Part shown: positions 1 through 9,935 of the stretch, piece after piece
Numbering within the stretch: the first letter of the stretch is position 1
Layout: each line of letters starts with the position of its first letter
Source of the DNA: Candidatus Obscuribacterales bacterium
GTDB taxonomy: Bacteria; Cyanobacteriota; Vampirovibrionia; Obscuribacterales; Obscuribacteraceae
Direction of reading: 5' to 3'
Assembly: GCA_965228855.1 (NCBI GenBank)
Contig: CBDDIJ010000002.1
Coordinates: 1,024,001-1,088,000, forward strand
Length of the DNA: 64,000 nucleotides
Notes under the pieces: generated by a model
Databases searched by the model: none
Told to the model about the DNA's origin: nothing
Seen by the model: only the letters and a program-made list of their open reading frames with translations
Translations under genes and position numbers: made by a program

Positions 1-47
1 ACCTTTTGCTTCTCCATCCCGCTGCTCGACGAGAAATATCGTACCTG

Positions 48-2267
48 ATGGCGGATGCTTCCGAAGAGCGATGCTTTCGATGTGGTGGCACCACTGGTGC
101 CTCTTCGTCCGGCAGTATCACCCAGTGGATTGCCGTTTGTAGCTGCGTGAACTCGCCCTCTGTGTCAGAAAACGAGAGCGTCGCCAGTTTCAAGATATGC
201 GCCAGCTGCGGTAAGCGAGTCAACGAGGGGCGTGTGGGATCGCTGACCCAGTGGGTGTTCAGGCAAGATCTGTGTGCGTGCGCCCGGCCGCAGCCGGTTG
301 ATAGAAAAACTGAAAGTTTCAACACTCCGAATGCTCCCGGGGTGAAACCCTTCCGTCAAGGCGCTGCCAAAGCCGGCTTTGAGGCTCGTTCGATTCGACC
401 CGACCAACCGGCGTTGGAAGTCGACAGTGCAAGGTTTCCCCTCGACCGTTACACTCCGTTGATGGAAGTAGGCAAAGGCGGCTCTGGGACTATCTATTAT
501 TGCCGTGACAGAGTGCTTGATAAAGTGGTGGCGGTAAAAACGCTGCATCAATTAAGCGCCGAGGAACTTTTGGCCTTTCAAAATGAGGCTCGCGCACACA
601 GCAAGCTTACACACCCGGCGATCGTGAGAGTGAGAGACTTCGGTGCCACCGCAGGCGGTGTGCCCTATATGTCAATGGATTATGTGAATGGTGTTAGTCT
701 TTTGCAGCTGATCGCGGAGCACGGCACGCTGGCTACAGCTGATGCAGTCGAACTGTTTCATCAAGTCTGTATGGGGCTGGCGCATGCGCACGCCGTGGGA
801 ATTTTTCATCGGGACATCAAGAGTTCCAACCTGCTCGTCTATCGAAACGACCAGGGTCGCCTGTCTGCCAGCATAATTGACTTCGGTGTTGCTGTCTCGA
901 AGGGTCAGACGGAGAAGGGCGGAACGCTGGTTGGGACCCCGAGATATATGCCGCCTGACGTGCTCCGAGGTGAAATTTACGACGAGCGGTCTGAGATTTA
1001 CGAGCTTGGTTGCACGATGTTCGAAGCCCTGACAGGAGACACGCCTTTCATTGGTGAGGAGTCCGTCGAGCTTGTTCGCAGGCACGCGGATGAACCACCG
1101 CCTACGCTCTCATCGCGAAACGCTGATGGTGAGTTTAGTGACGAGTTGGAAGAGATAGTCAAACGCTGTTTGCAAAAGGAAAAATCCGAGCGTTATCAAT
1201 CGATGGAAGAACTCGGCGCGGCGCTTGCTGCTTTGCGCCGTGAGGATCCGGAGTTCGATGATAGCGCGAAACCGGTGACGAGCGCAGCGAGAAAAGGAGG
1301 TTACGCTTTAGCAACGGTCCTTCTGGTATCAGCTGTGGTATTAGTGGTAAAGCTCGGATTTGCGGTTTTTGAAGGAACGGAGAAACTGACGGAGGAGAAG
1401 GCCGTCGATGTGAAGGACCATCAGCTGTTCGGTGATGTAATGGTCGATGCCGCGACCGAATCGATCAAGCCACGATTCGAGTCTCGTGATCGGAACGGGA
1501 AAATGTGGACCTACTCGAAAGGAGCTGTCACAAACGATAGCTTGGTGGTATTGTCCAAGCGAAAAGATATCGAGCGGCTGTCGCTCATGGGTGACAGCGT
1601 GGACGGACGAGGTCTGGTGTTCTTGCTTGAGTTGCCGCTTGTTGAGCTGGATCTCGAGGCCACCCAGGTGTCGGATATGGATATGTCGCTGCTAACGCGT
1701 TTTAAAAAACTGGAGGTCTTGCGGCTGGCAAATTCTGAAGTTTCGGGCAAGAAATTGTCTGAGTTGAACCGTCTCAACCGTTTGCAAAGCCTGGGCATTG
1801 GCGGCCCTTTGATCGACGATGATGCGATGGCGGAAGTAGCGAAACTGAATTCAGTCGCTGAAGTTTATTTACGCAATGCTAAAAGAGTCACCGCAGGCGG
1901 TATCGCAAAGTTGTCCGCCATGCCTGGTCTGGAGCGTGTGGTGATTAAGGAAGTGCCAATCGAGGACGAGATGCTGACGGCGCTTAAGGGGGTGAAGAAA
2001 CTCACGGAGCTTGCCCTTTTCGAGTCGCGACTTGATTCACAGATATTGGCGCCTCTTCAAGGGCTGAGGCTGCAGCGCTTGTATTTCCATAATGACCGAA
2101 TCTCTGATGATGCGTTCGAACTCATGAGCGGGTTTAAGAAATTGAAATCCATCGAGTTCGAGGATTGTTTCGGCTTCTCCGATGCTGCCTTGACGCGGCT
2201 TCGGAAGGGTCTTCCAAAATGTCACATCGATGTGGTGGTGAAGAAAAAGGTGCGCCCCACTATTTAG
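48..2267 (+). CDS. Ser/Thr protein kinase with N-terminal Cys-rich region, TM segment and C-terminal leucine-rich repeats
   Basis: GKGGSG, VAVK, HRDIKSSN, DFG, GTPRYM motifs; hydrophobic segment near aa 435-455; LxxLxL repeats. Start taken at ATG 48 (ORF opens at 6). Confidence 0.92.
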   Translation: MADASEERCFRCGGTTGASSSGSITQWIAVCSCVNSPSVSENESVASFKICASCGKRVNEGRVGSLTQWVFRQDLCACARPQPVDRKTESFNTPNAPGVKPFRQGAAKAGFEARSIRPDQPALEVDSARFPLDRYTPLMEVGKGGSGTIYYCRDRVLDKVVAVKTLHQLSAEELLAFQNEARAHSKLTHPAIVRVRDFGATAGGVPYMSMDYVNGVSLLQLIAEHGTLATADAVELFHQVCMGLAHAHAVGIFHRDIKSSNLLVYRNDQGRLSASIIDFGVAVSKGQTEKGGTLVGTPRYMPPDVLRGEIYDERSEIYELGCTMFEALTGDTPFIGEESVELVRRHADEPPPTLSSRNADGEFSDELEEIVKRCLQKEKSERYQSMEELGAALAALRREDPEFDDSAKPVTSAARKGGYALATVLLVSAVVLVVKLGFAVFEGTEKLTEEKAVDVKDHQLFGDVMVDAATESIKPRFESRDRNGKMWTYSKGAVTNDSLVVLSKRKDIERLSLMGDSVDGRGLVFLLELPLVELDLEATQVSDMDMSLLTRFKKLEVLRLANSEVSGKKLSELNRLNRLQSLGIGGPLIDDDAMAEVAKLNSVAEVYLRNAKRVTAGGIAKLSAMPGLERVVIKEVPIEDEMLTALKGVKKLTELALFESRLDSQILAPLQGLRLQRLYFHNDRISDDAFELMSGFKKLKSIEFEDCFGFSDAALTRLRKGLPKCHIDVVVKKKVRPTI

Positions 2268-2318
2268 TTGAGAGCAATTCTCTATCCGCACCGCGAGTTG
2301 TCTTCGGTCGATCTCGAT

Positions 2319-3458
2319 CTAATTGAAGAAACCGTAGAGTGCCGGTGGAAGTTTCGACATGCCGAAACCTAAGAGAGTTCCTCCGGCCAAACCGCTCGCT
2401 AATCCCACGCTCGAGTTGAGAGCGGTGTTGCCCAGGTCAAACGGCCGCTGATAATAGGACGAATTTATCGTTTCGTGAATCCAGGGACTCGCGGCGCTGT
2501 AGGTGCTGTATGGTACGCCGAACCTTGCGAATGCGCTCAGGTACTTGATTCCAAGACCTTGTCCTTCCGTGGCGATTGCTGTACTCAAAGAGCCTGATGC
2601 TGTTTTCAAACTTAAACCGTAAACATTGGCCAGTCGAACGGAAGCCGCCGTACCAGCCAGTTCCGAGCCCAGAGCCAGCGCTCCCAAAGCCGCGCCTGTT
2701 CCAAAATCGTAAACCGGATCGGAGTACTGATAGTCGGTAAGCTTTAGTGTTGTTTTGACCGCGCCAGTGGAAACCGCGCTGAGTCCGGCTAATTCTAGAG
2801 CGGAACGTGCGGTGGCTCCAGGAATTTTCTTTGCCAGCATTAGACCGCCCACCATTGCGATACCATTGGCGGTGCTATCTATCCAATTGTGCTGAGAAGC
2901 TTTGTAGTTCGCCAGATCTGTGACCGAGCGCAGGGCATGCGACTCCTGGGGCTCATAACGGGCACCGGTGAGCTCGAAGTATGTTTTTTGAAACTGTGCA
3001 ACGTCCCCAAGCTCTGCTGACTGCCTGAGCACCGTTAGACGCGCGTTTTCAGTCTCCGCCTTCGATGCGAGACTACCTCTGGTTTCTTCCGGTTGGACGA
3101 ATGATTTTATGTAGTCGACGGTGTTGCCGATCCAGCCTTGAGAGTCTAACTCCGATTTGATGTTTTGTTTGACAATGTCTTGCTGTCGCTGCAGATCAGT
3201 GACTGTCTCCATGAGAACGTCGTGTGTCGTTTTGCTGCTGTCAGTGGAGACCGTTCCGTCGTCTGTTTTCGCGACCGCGGATGCACTGGTTTCTGTCGGT
3301 TTGAAACCGGGCGCGCCGACCGCGAGCAGTCCGGCACCATGGAAACTGTGCGCGCCACCTGCGAGCAGACCGCCACCATCAAGGATGGCAGCGGGTGAGA
3401 CAACTTGCGGCAGCTGTCCATCAGCCTTCGAAATAATTTCGCTGGATTTTGAACCCAT
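2319..3458 (-). CDS. Hypothetical protein with Gly/Ala-rich hydrophobic C-terminal half
   Basis: 379-aa ORF filling the gap; no recognisable catalytic motif. Confidence 0.75.
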   Translation of the reverse strand: MGSKSSEIISKADGQLPQVVSPAAILDGGGLLAGGAHSFHGAGLLAVGAPGFKPTETSASAVAKTDDGTVSTDSSKTTHDVLMETVTDLQRQQDIVKQNIKSELDSQGWIGNTVDYIKSFVQPEETRGSLASKAETENARLTVLRQSAELGDVAQFQKTYFELTGARYEPQESHALRSVTDLANYKASQHNWIDSTANGIAMVGGLMLAKKIPGATARSALELAGLSAVSTGAVKTTLKLTDYQYSDPVYDFGTGAALGALALGSELAGTAASVRLANVYGLSLKTASGSLSTAIATEGQGLGIKYLSAFARFGVPYSTYSAASPWIHETINSSYYQRPFDLGNTALNSSVGLASGLAGGTLLGFGMSKLPPALYGFFN

Positions 3459-3486
3459 TTGGTTCTCGACTTAATTGATGATCTTG

Positions 3487-3518
3487 ATCATTAGGGTTAA
3501 ACGTGACTGCATCGTTAC
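3487..3518 (-). promoter_or_regulatory. Putative OmpR/PhoB-type direct-repeat box with -10-like hexamer
   Basis: On - strand GTAAC-N6-GTCAC (11-bp period), 10 nt, then AATGAT, upstream of the 3458 start. Confidence 0.4.
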
Positions 3519-3695
3519 CGATATGGCTGCAAGCTTCGTACTCTTCCCAGGAGCGGGTTTTTGAAAGACCGGAAATTGGCATTGATTTTGCGCATGCCGG
3601 AAGAACGTTTTTTCAAACTGTTCCAGCAACGTGACGCTGTCGGCGTGGTCAGATACTCTGTATAATCAATTCGGTTGGAAGCTTGGGCGCGGAAG

Positions 3696-4385
3696 ATGGC
3701 AAAAATTTTGCTGATAGAAGACGATCTGACGATTGGCGAGTCGCTGAAGCTGCAGTTGCAGAAGCGCGGAAACGAAGTCGAGTGGGTTGAGGACGGCGTT
3801 GAAGGTTTAAGCCGCTTGCGTTTTTACCATTATGACCTTGCGTTGGTTGATTGGGTGTTGCCGGGCCTGGCAGGGCCCGAGATCGTGAAGCAATACAGGA
3901 GTCATGGTGGCTTATCGCCGGTGATGATGCTGACTTCGATGAATGAGGTCAATCAGAAAATCGAGGGGCTTGATTCCGGTGCGGATGATTACGTCACGAA
4001 GCCATTCAATGTCGACGAAGTCTGTGCGCGTATTCAAGCGCTGCTTCGGCGTCCGGTGAATCTCATGCCGGCAACGATTCGGGTCGGCAGTATTGAAATA
4101 GATGTAGGTCGGAAACTTGTTACGCGCGACGGTGTACCGATTAAACTCTTGCCTAAAGAATTTGCGTTGCTCGAGTTCCTTTTGCGGCATGCCGATCAGT
4201 TCTTTGAAGTGAACGCGCTGCTGGACCGGGTTTGGGGTTCTGAATCGGACGCGACGGATGCTGCTGTTTGGCAGGCCGTAAAACGATTGAGAAATAAACT
4301 TGATGATTCTACTGGTGAATCTATCATTGTCAATGTAAAAGGCATGGGTTACAAGATCGACAAAAGCCGCATCCAGAGCGGTTAA
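3696..4385 (+). CDS. OmpR/PhoB-family response regulator
   Basis: ILLIEDD, LVDWVLPG, GADDYVTKPF, winged-helix C-terminus; TATAAT at 3661-3666. Confidence 0.95.
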   Translation: MAKILLIEDDLTIGESLKLQLQKRGNEVEWVEDGVEGLSRLRFYHYDLALVDWVLPGLAGPEIVKQYRSHGGLSPVMMLTSMNEVNQKIEGLDSGADDYVTKPFNVDEVCARIQALLRRPVNLMPATIRVGSIEIDVGRKLVTRDGVPIKLLPKEFALLEFLLRHADQFFEVNALLDRVWGSESDATDAAVWQAVKRLRNKLDDSTGESIIVNVKGMGYKIDKSRIQSG

Positions 4386-4414
4386 AAAGGGCGTTTCGGA
4401 AACATTGCCTTTAG

Positions 4415-4446
4415 GTCAGCCAAATGTCAGGAAGCGATCGCATACT
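4415..4446 (+). promoter_or_regulatory. Putative OmpR/PhoB-type direct-repeat box with -10-like hexamer
   Basis: GTCAG-N6-GTCAG (4415-4430), 10 nt, then CATACT. Confidence 0.45.
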
Positions 4447-4595
4447 GTTGCTGTTCGATGAATTGCGAGTTGCCGATGCGTTTGAAGAACGTTTGCTTAA
4501 GCCAGTTCCGCGCGTCATTTACTAATTGCAACTGCTGAATGTTTCTACCGCTCCACTCATTTTTGTCCAACGCTGTTGGACAGGAGGATACTATC

Positions 4596-5213
4596 ATGTC
4601 TAATTTTCACGCTTTTGAGAATCAAACCGGTAAAACCGATACGGTTTCGTCCGCTGAGAATCCGCAGTTGAATCTACTTTCCGCTATTGGCGATGGAGAG
4701 TGGATGACTGGTGCGCGTGAGTGGATCTCGGAGGAGTTTCGTAAGTTGGCTAAGCCAGAGGCTTTGCGTGACGACCAGGCAAACAGCAAGGATCTCAAGT
4801 CGCTTTTAGAAGGGAATAAACTTCTGCCTCACGTTGAATTCGAGAACATGAAGGGGCTTCTGGAAGGCGACGTGGGCGGTTTTCTTGCAGGGAAACAAAA
4901 CGCAAAACGTGCCGCCGACATTATCTCTGATGATAGCGATCTTGGAAGTGATACGCAGAAAAAAGAAGTAGCGAAAATGTTCGAAGAAGCCTACAGAAAA
5001 GGGCCGGAGGCCGTTGCGAAGCTGGTGAAGGATATCAATGCTGAACTAGAGAAGCGTGGCTCCGATGTTCGAGTGGGCGTTGAACAGGATTTTAATCCCA
5101 AACCGACGTGGGGCGAGAAAAAATACGGCAATGTAGTGGTTCGCAAGGATGGAGTTGTGGAGGATAGCGTCGCTGTCTATGAAAACAACCCGATGAAGCG
5201 CAATCTGCTTTAG
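4596..5213 (+). CDS. Hypothetical protein between response regulator and sensor kinase
   Basis: AGGAGG RBS before ATG 4596; 205 aa. Confidence 0.8.
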   Translation: MSNFHAFENQTGKTDTVSSAENPQLNLLSAIGDGEWMTGAREWISEEFRKLAKPEALRDDQANSKDLKSLLEGNKLLPHVEFENMKGLLEGDVGGFLAGKQNAKRAADIISDDSDLGSDTQKKEVAKMFEEAYRKGPEAVAKLVKDINAELEKRGSDVRVGVEQDFNPKPTWGEKKYGNVVVRKDGVVEDSVAVYENNPMKRNLL

Positions 5214-5347
5214 GTTCCGGTTTGCACCAGCAGCGGTAAGGATTATGGGGACTGCATTTTGCGGTCTCCATTCCTTCACATCGTTAGAGTGGTGTGGTAG
5301 CGTATTGGAACTTACTACAGCGCCAGGTTTCGGGCTGCGAACTAAAG

Positions 5348-7159
5348 ATGCGTCTAAAGTCCTTAAATCCGATTCGCAATCTCAAGGCTTTCTATAAAGC
5401 TGCGACCATCGGCGTCGTACTGGTCGCATTTGTAACATTGTCCGGGTTTCAAATCCTTTCTATGCAGCGGGAGGTGGATGAAGCTTATCGAAAAGATCGT
5501 GACATCACAGATGGTGTCGTGCTTATTCACCGGGCAATGAAAGCCGCTTATGATGCGCTTCGCGAAATTGTTTATTATGAAACAGATCCTGCCAGTGCGG
5601 GCAAGAATTATGAGCAACGGTTTCAAAAAAGAATTGTGGAGCTTAGCGAACTTGAGGGTCAATTGGCACGCCAGAGAGCCACGAAGCAAACAAATTTGAA
5701 GACGTTCATCGACGATTTGAAAAAAGAGTTGGGAAAAGTAAATGAGCTAGCCAATGTTCCATACGAGTCGTTTACAAAGATAATGGCTGTTCAACGAGCT
5801 TCCTATTTAGGGCATGAGCTGACGCGTATTACTGAAAAGATGCTTGCGGAGCAGGAGCGCATGAGTGTTAAAACGCGGAAGGAACTCGATGAAAAGCGCG
5901 ATAAATTGCGGAATACAGTTATCTTTGAATTTGCCTCCGGTGTCAGTCTGGTGGTATTGCTGGTGGTGATATTCAGTTTTGATCAATTGATTCAACTCAA
6001 CATAATGATGGCGAACTCCAATCGGTTTGCGCGAGGTGAGGAGCTGCTTCCGCAGGTTCCCGGCTCCGATGAGTTTGCGCAGTTGGATGAAACGTTTCAC
6101 TCAATGGTTGCGTCGATCAATGCGCTCACGGAGCGCGAGAAAGCAGTGTTTCGCAACACGACCGATCTGATTTTTGTTCTGGATGGTACCTTCCGCGTGA
6201 CGTTTATCAACGACGCAAGCCGCTCTATGCTGGGGATTGCGCCCGAGGACTTGTTGCAGGTTTCGGTCGTCGAATGGAGTGGCACTATCGTTAAATCGCT
6301 TGAGAAGTGCGTCGAGCTGGAGAATTTTACGTTTGAAGAATTGTTGAAAGGCGCCGATGGGCAGGTTGCCGAAGTGGAGATTTCCGCGCACTGGTCTGAG
6401 CGGGATCGGTCGTTTTACTGCGTAGGGCATGATATCGGGTCGCGCAAAGAGCTCGAGCGCATGAAACAGGGTTTTCTGGCGATGGTGACTCATGATTTGC
6501 GCAGTCCGATTGCTGCCAATCAGTTGGCGCTGGAAATGTTGCTGGAAGAGCCAAAGATGGGCTCGTTGTCTGAGGATGGCGAACGATTGATTCATCGAAT
6601 TTTGTCGAGCGACAAGAAGTTGACGGCGCTGATTAATGACTTGCTCGATATTGAGAAATTGAACGCCGGGCAATTGAGTCTCGATATGGAGCTGGTTTCC
6701 TTCAACGACCTGATTGAAGAGTCGATTGGTTTGCTGGAGCCGCTCATCAAAGCTCAGAAGATTGAGTTGAAACGCGATGATGTGGATACGCTCATCTACT
6801 GCGACTCGGCACGGATCGTTCAGGTTGTTTCTAACATTTTTTCAAACGCGCTGAAGGTTTCAAAACCAGGTGATACCATCGAGCTGCGTTTCAGTGAAAC
6901 CCCCGAGGAGTCTATAGTTTCAGTAAAGGATAATGGTCCGGGAATTCCTATCGAGTTTCTTCCCATGCTGTTCGAGCAGTATACGCAAACTGGTGAGAAG
7001 TCGCTTATGAAGAAGGGAAGCGGCTTGGGGCTAGCGATAAGCAAAAAGCTTGTCGATTTGCACGACGGCGAAATCGTGGTGTCCACCGAAGTCGGCAAGG
7101 GAACCTGTTTCGAAATCCGCCTCCCCAAGCGACTTTCGCCCTCCAAGAACTACCACTAA
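5348..7159 (+). CDS. Membrane sensor histidine kinase (HAMP-PAS-HisKA-HATPase)
   Basis: Two TM segments, H-box THDLRSP, N-box NIFSNALK, DNGPGI, GSGLGL. Confidence 0.95.
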   Translation: MRLKSLNPIRNLKAFYKAATIGVVLVAFVTLSGFQILSMQREVDEAYRKDRDITDGVVLIHRAMKAAYDALREIVYYETDPASAGKNYEQRFQKRIVELSELEGQLARQRATKQTNLKTFIDDLKKELGKVNELANVPYESFTKIMAVQRASYLGHELTRITEKMLAEQERMSVKTRKELDEKRDKLRNTVIFEFASGVSLVVLLVVIFSFDQLIQLNIMMANSNRFARGEELLPQVPGSDEFAQLDETFHSMVASINALTEREKAVFRNTTDLIFVLDGTFRVTFINDASRSMLGIAPEDLLQVSVVEWSGTIVKSLEKCVELENFTFEELLKGADGQVAEVEISAHWSERDRSFYCVGHDIGSRKELERMKQGFLAMVTHDLRSPIAANQLALEMLLEEPKMGSLSEDGERLIHRILSSDKKLTALINDLLDIEKLNAGQLSLDMELVSFNDLIEESIGLLEPLIKAQKIELKRDDVDTLIYCDSARIVQVVSNIFSNALKVSKPGDTIELRFSETPEESIVSVKDNGPGIPIEFLPMLFEQYTQTGEKSLMKKGSGLGLAISKKLVDLHDGEIVVSTEVGKGTCFEIRLPKRLSPSKNYH

Positions 7160-7797
7160 AGAAGGTAGTAAAAAGATTTGGGGCGAGATGGAGTCGGCGA
7201 GGCATTCTTGGGCGATTGCGTTCGTTGGCTGAGTCTGTCTTGTCTATGGGAGAGCGCCGATTTTTTGCAATTGCGTCATAGCCAGATAGCCAAAGGTCTG
7301 GGCGCTAGGTAACCTGAATTCAGGTATTGTCCTCTCCATGAGGGTTTTGACCCCAGAAATAGCACTAGAGAAGATAGTAGGCAAATTTGGGGCGAGATGG
7401 CGTTGGCGAGGCATTCTTGGGCGATTGTGTTCGTTGGCTGAGTCTGTCTTGTCTACTGGAGAGCGCCGATTTTTTGCAATTGCGTCATAGCCAGATAGCC
7501 AAAGGTCTGGGCTCTAGGTGGGGTGAATTCAGGTATTGTCCTTTCCATACGGGTTTTGACTCCAGAAATAGCACTAGAGAAGATAGTAGGCAAATTTGGG
7601 GCGAGATGGCGTTGGCGAGCCATTCTTGGGCGATTGCGTTCGTTGGCGAGTCTGTGTTGTCTACGGGAGAGCGCCGAATTTTTGCAATTGCGTCATAGCC
7701 AGATAGCCAAAGGTCTGTACGTTTGGTAGGGTGAATTCAGGTATTGTCCTCTCCATGAGGGTTTTGGGACGCTCGTCGAAGCTAGATCATATAGTAG
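7151..7797 (+). repeat. Tandem array of about 3 x 209-bp units, each with the 53-bp four-box core
   Basis: Units start near 7151, 7360 and 7569; cores at 7241-7293, 7450-7502 and 7658-7710; ATAGTAG motif at unit junctions. Confidence 0.95.
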
Positions 7798-7806
7798 CGA
7801 GGTTTT

Positions 7807-7850
7807 GAAAAGGGAGGAGGCGCAAACCCGGGTGGGGTCTGCGTCTCCTC
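7807..7850 (-). terminator. Intrinsic terminator of the Bat-like operon
   Basis: GAGGAGGCGCA...TGCGTCTCCTC stem next to an A-run, just past stop at 7864. Confidence 0.65.
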
Positions 7851-7863
7851 TTGTTGCGCGCTC

Positions 7864-8763
7864 TTACTTGGCGCGTTTCCACTTGGACAGCACGGATTCC
7901 GCCTGTTTCCAGAGTGCGGCGCGTTCATCGTCCGACAGAGGTTGGTCGGAGTAGATCGCGGGCTCGTTGCCTGCCAGGAAGCGGGTCACGAGTATGTCGT
8001 AGAGCTTGTCGTTCTTCAGCTGCCCGGCCGGAATGGGGCCGATGCTGAATCGTGCGCGCACGATTCCGTCGAGCTCGAGGTGTTCCGCTTTCGAGCAGTT
8101 GCCATTCCGGATGAGACCGGTGATTGCGACTGCGCGCTCGTAGTCACGATCGACGACCGGACCTTTGACGCGGGTCTTGAGCCAGTGACGGAATGCCACC
8201 ACTGTCAGTGCCAGGAAGATGATGCTCGAGAGCGCGAGCGGGATGGCGTGACGAAGGGTGTACCAGAGAACCGGCACGCGCGGGTCCGCGCCTTCCATCA
8301 GCTCCTTGCGACCATCCCAGGTGTTGGAGGTGTAGAGCGAGAGCGGTTTGATCGTCAGATCTTGCCGCTTGTTGTCGACTCGATAGCTGACCGAGCCCTC
8401 CATCACCTGTTCAGGCTTGACGCGGAAGCTCTGCATGGCGAGAGCGAAGCGATAAACAGTCGAACCATCCTTCAGGTCCTTCTGCGAAACCGCCGGCTTG
8501 TCTGCCAGTTCGAAATCACCGCCGATGGACAGAGTCTTTGGGTCGACCACCGTTCCAGGAGCACTGCGCACGAACAGCTCGACCTCGATCAAGTCGCCGA
8601 GGTGGTGAGCATAGTCGCGCTCGACCCTGACGACGACCTGCGGTTCGTTCGATGCTGCCGCGGGAAAGTCCGGCCAGCTCGGTCTGGTGAAGAACCAGAA
8701 CGCGACGCCGACCGCGACGACGATTGCGAAAACCGCCGCCAGGGAAATCAGACGTTTCTTCAT
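7864..8763 (-). CDS. Membrane protein at the end of the MoxR/vWA operon (BatD-like position)
   Basis: N-terminal signal/TM and second TM; ATGA overlap with upstream vWA gene. Confidence 0.8.
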   Translation of the reverse strand: MKKRLISLAAVFAIVVAVGVAFWFFTRPSWPDFPAAASNEPQVVVRVERDYAHHLGDLIEVELFVRSAPGTVVDPKTLSIGGDFELADKPAVSQKDLKDGSTVYRFALAMQSFRVKPEQVMEGSVSYRVDNKRQDLTIKPLSLYTSNTWDGRKELMEGADPRVPVLWYTLRHAIPLALSSIIFLALTVVAFRHWLKTRVKGPVVDRDYERAVAITGLIRNGNCSKAEHLELDGIVRARFSIGPIPAGQLKNDKLYDILVTRFLAGNEPAIYSDQPLSDDERAALWKQAESVLSKWKRAK

Positions 8764-9926
8764 GTCTTGTTCCTCCGTCCGAAGCTGCCGAGCTGCCACT
8801 GGTTGGTGACGGCGATGGACAGCGCAAGAGAGATGAACGCTGCGATCAGCGCCCATGGGAAGAGTTCGACGGTGCCGCCCACGGTGGCAGTCGACTTTTT
8901 GCCGACGTACTTGAGCAGGTCGACGTCGGTGTCGTTCTGGAGGTGAATGAACTCACCGCCCGAGATGTTCGCCAGGTTCTGGAGCAGGGCGGCGTTCATG
9001 CCTGACTTCTCGATCTGCCCGTCGGTTTCGAGCCAGCGCTTGCCGTTGTCCTTGAGGGCGATGGCAGTGGCGTCGTCGGCGGCGAGCTTGCTGACCGGGA
9101 TCTTCGAGGGCATGACGTTGCCCATCGCGACCACGATTACCTTCACTCCGCGCTCCTTGGCTTTCTGGGCGAAGTCGACGAGCTTTTCTTGCTTGTCGTC
9201 ATTGCCTCCGTCGGAGAACAGGATGAGAACCCGTTCGTGCGTTGCCGGTGAGTCGGCATCGAACATGGCGAGCGCCAGCTCGAGTGCTTTGCCCATACCC
9301 GAACCTTCGCCCGGGGCGCTGGAAATCGTCAGACCGCGGTCGACGACCCACCTGAGGGCGGAGGCGTCCTTGGTCAGGAAGGCTTGCGGAAAGGCTTCGC
9401 CTGCGTAGCTCACCAGTCCGAGATAGTTTCCGTCGAGCTGCGCGATGAGCTTGTCGAGGAGGATGTGGCGGACCATCTCCAGACGCGTTCCCGCGTCCTT
9501 GTCCTCTTTTTCCTCCTTGCGCGCGATCGGGCGCCCGAAGTTGTCGAACTCACGGGTAGGCTCGATCAGGCGCTTCGCCACTGCCGACGGTGGCACCTTG
9601 CCGTCGTAATCGAGCGCCGCCATGCTGCGACTCACGTCGGCGACCGTGATCACGTCGACGGTGCCTTCTGCGATGGTCTTGGTCCCGTTGGGGATGACCG
9701 GACGGGCCAGCGCAACGAAGAGCAGACCCGTGGCGAGGGCGGCGAAAGCGGCGCGCGCCAGGTAGCGAGCAGACGAGAGCGGTTTCGACGTCTGGGAAAT
9801 CAAATCCCGGTCGCCGAACTGTGCCTGCATCGCTTTGCGCCGCCGCCAGTTTGCGAACACCAGAACACCCGCCAGAATGGCGGCGACCGGTGCTTGAAAC
9901 AGCAATTCTTGGTTCAGGAAAAACAT
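8760..9926 (-). CDS. vWA domain protein (BatB-like)
   Basis: ALARP, MIDAS DVSRS, LILFSDG, terminal TM segments. Confidence 0.9.
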   Translation of the reverse strand: MFFLNQELLFQAPVAAILAGVLVFANWRRRKAMQAQFGDRDLISQTSKPLSSARYLARAAFAALATGLLFVALARPVIPNGTKTIAEGTVDVITVADVSRSMAALDYDGKVPPSAVAKRLIEPTREFDNFGRPIARKEEKEDKDAGTRLEMVRHILLDKLIAQLDGNYLGLVSYAGEAFPQAFLTKDASALRWVVDRGLTISSAPGEGSGMGKALELALAMFDADSPATHERVLILFSDGGNDDKQEKLVDFAQKAKERGVKVIVVAMGNVMPSKIPVSKLAADDATAIALKDNGKRWLETDGQIEKSGMNAALLQNLANISGGEFIHLQNDTDVDLLKYVGKKSTATVGGTVELFPWALIAAFISLALSIAVTNQWQLGSFGRRNKT

Positions 9927-9935
9927 ATGGCGCTC

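Noticed and set aside
7387..7729. ORFs 7387-7698 and 7523-7729
   Set aside because: They lie inside the 209-bp repeat, whose period is not a multiple of 3; chance frames.
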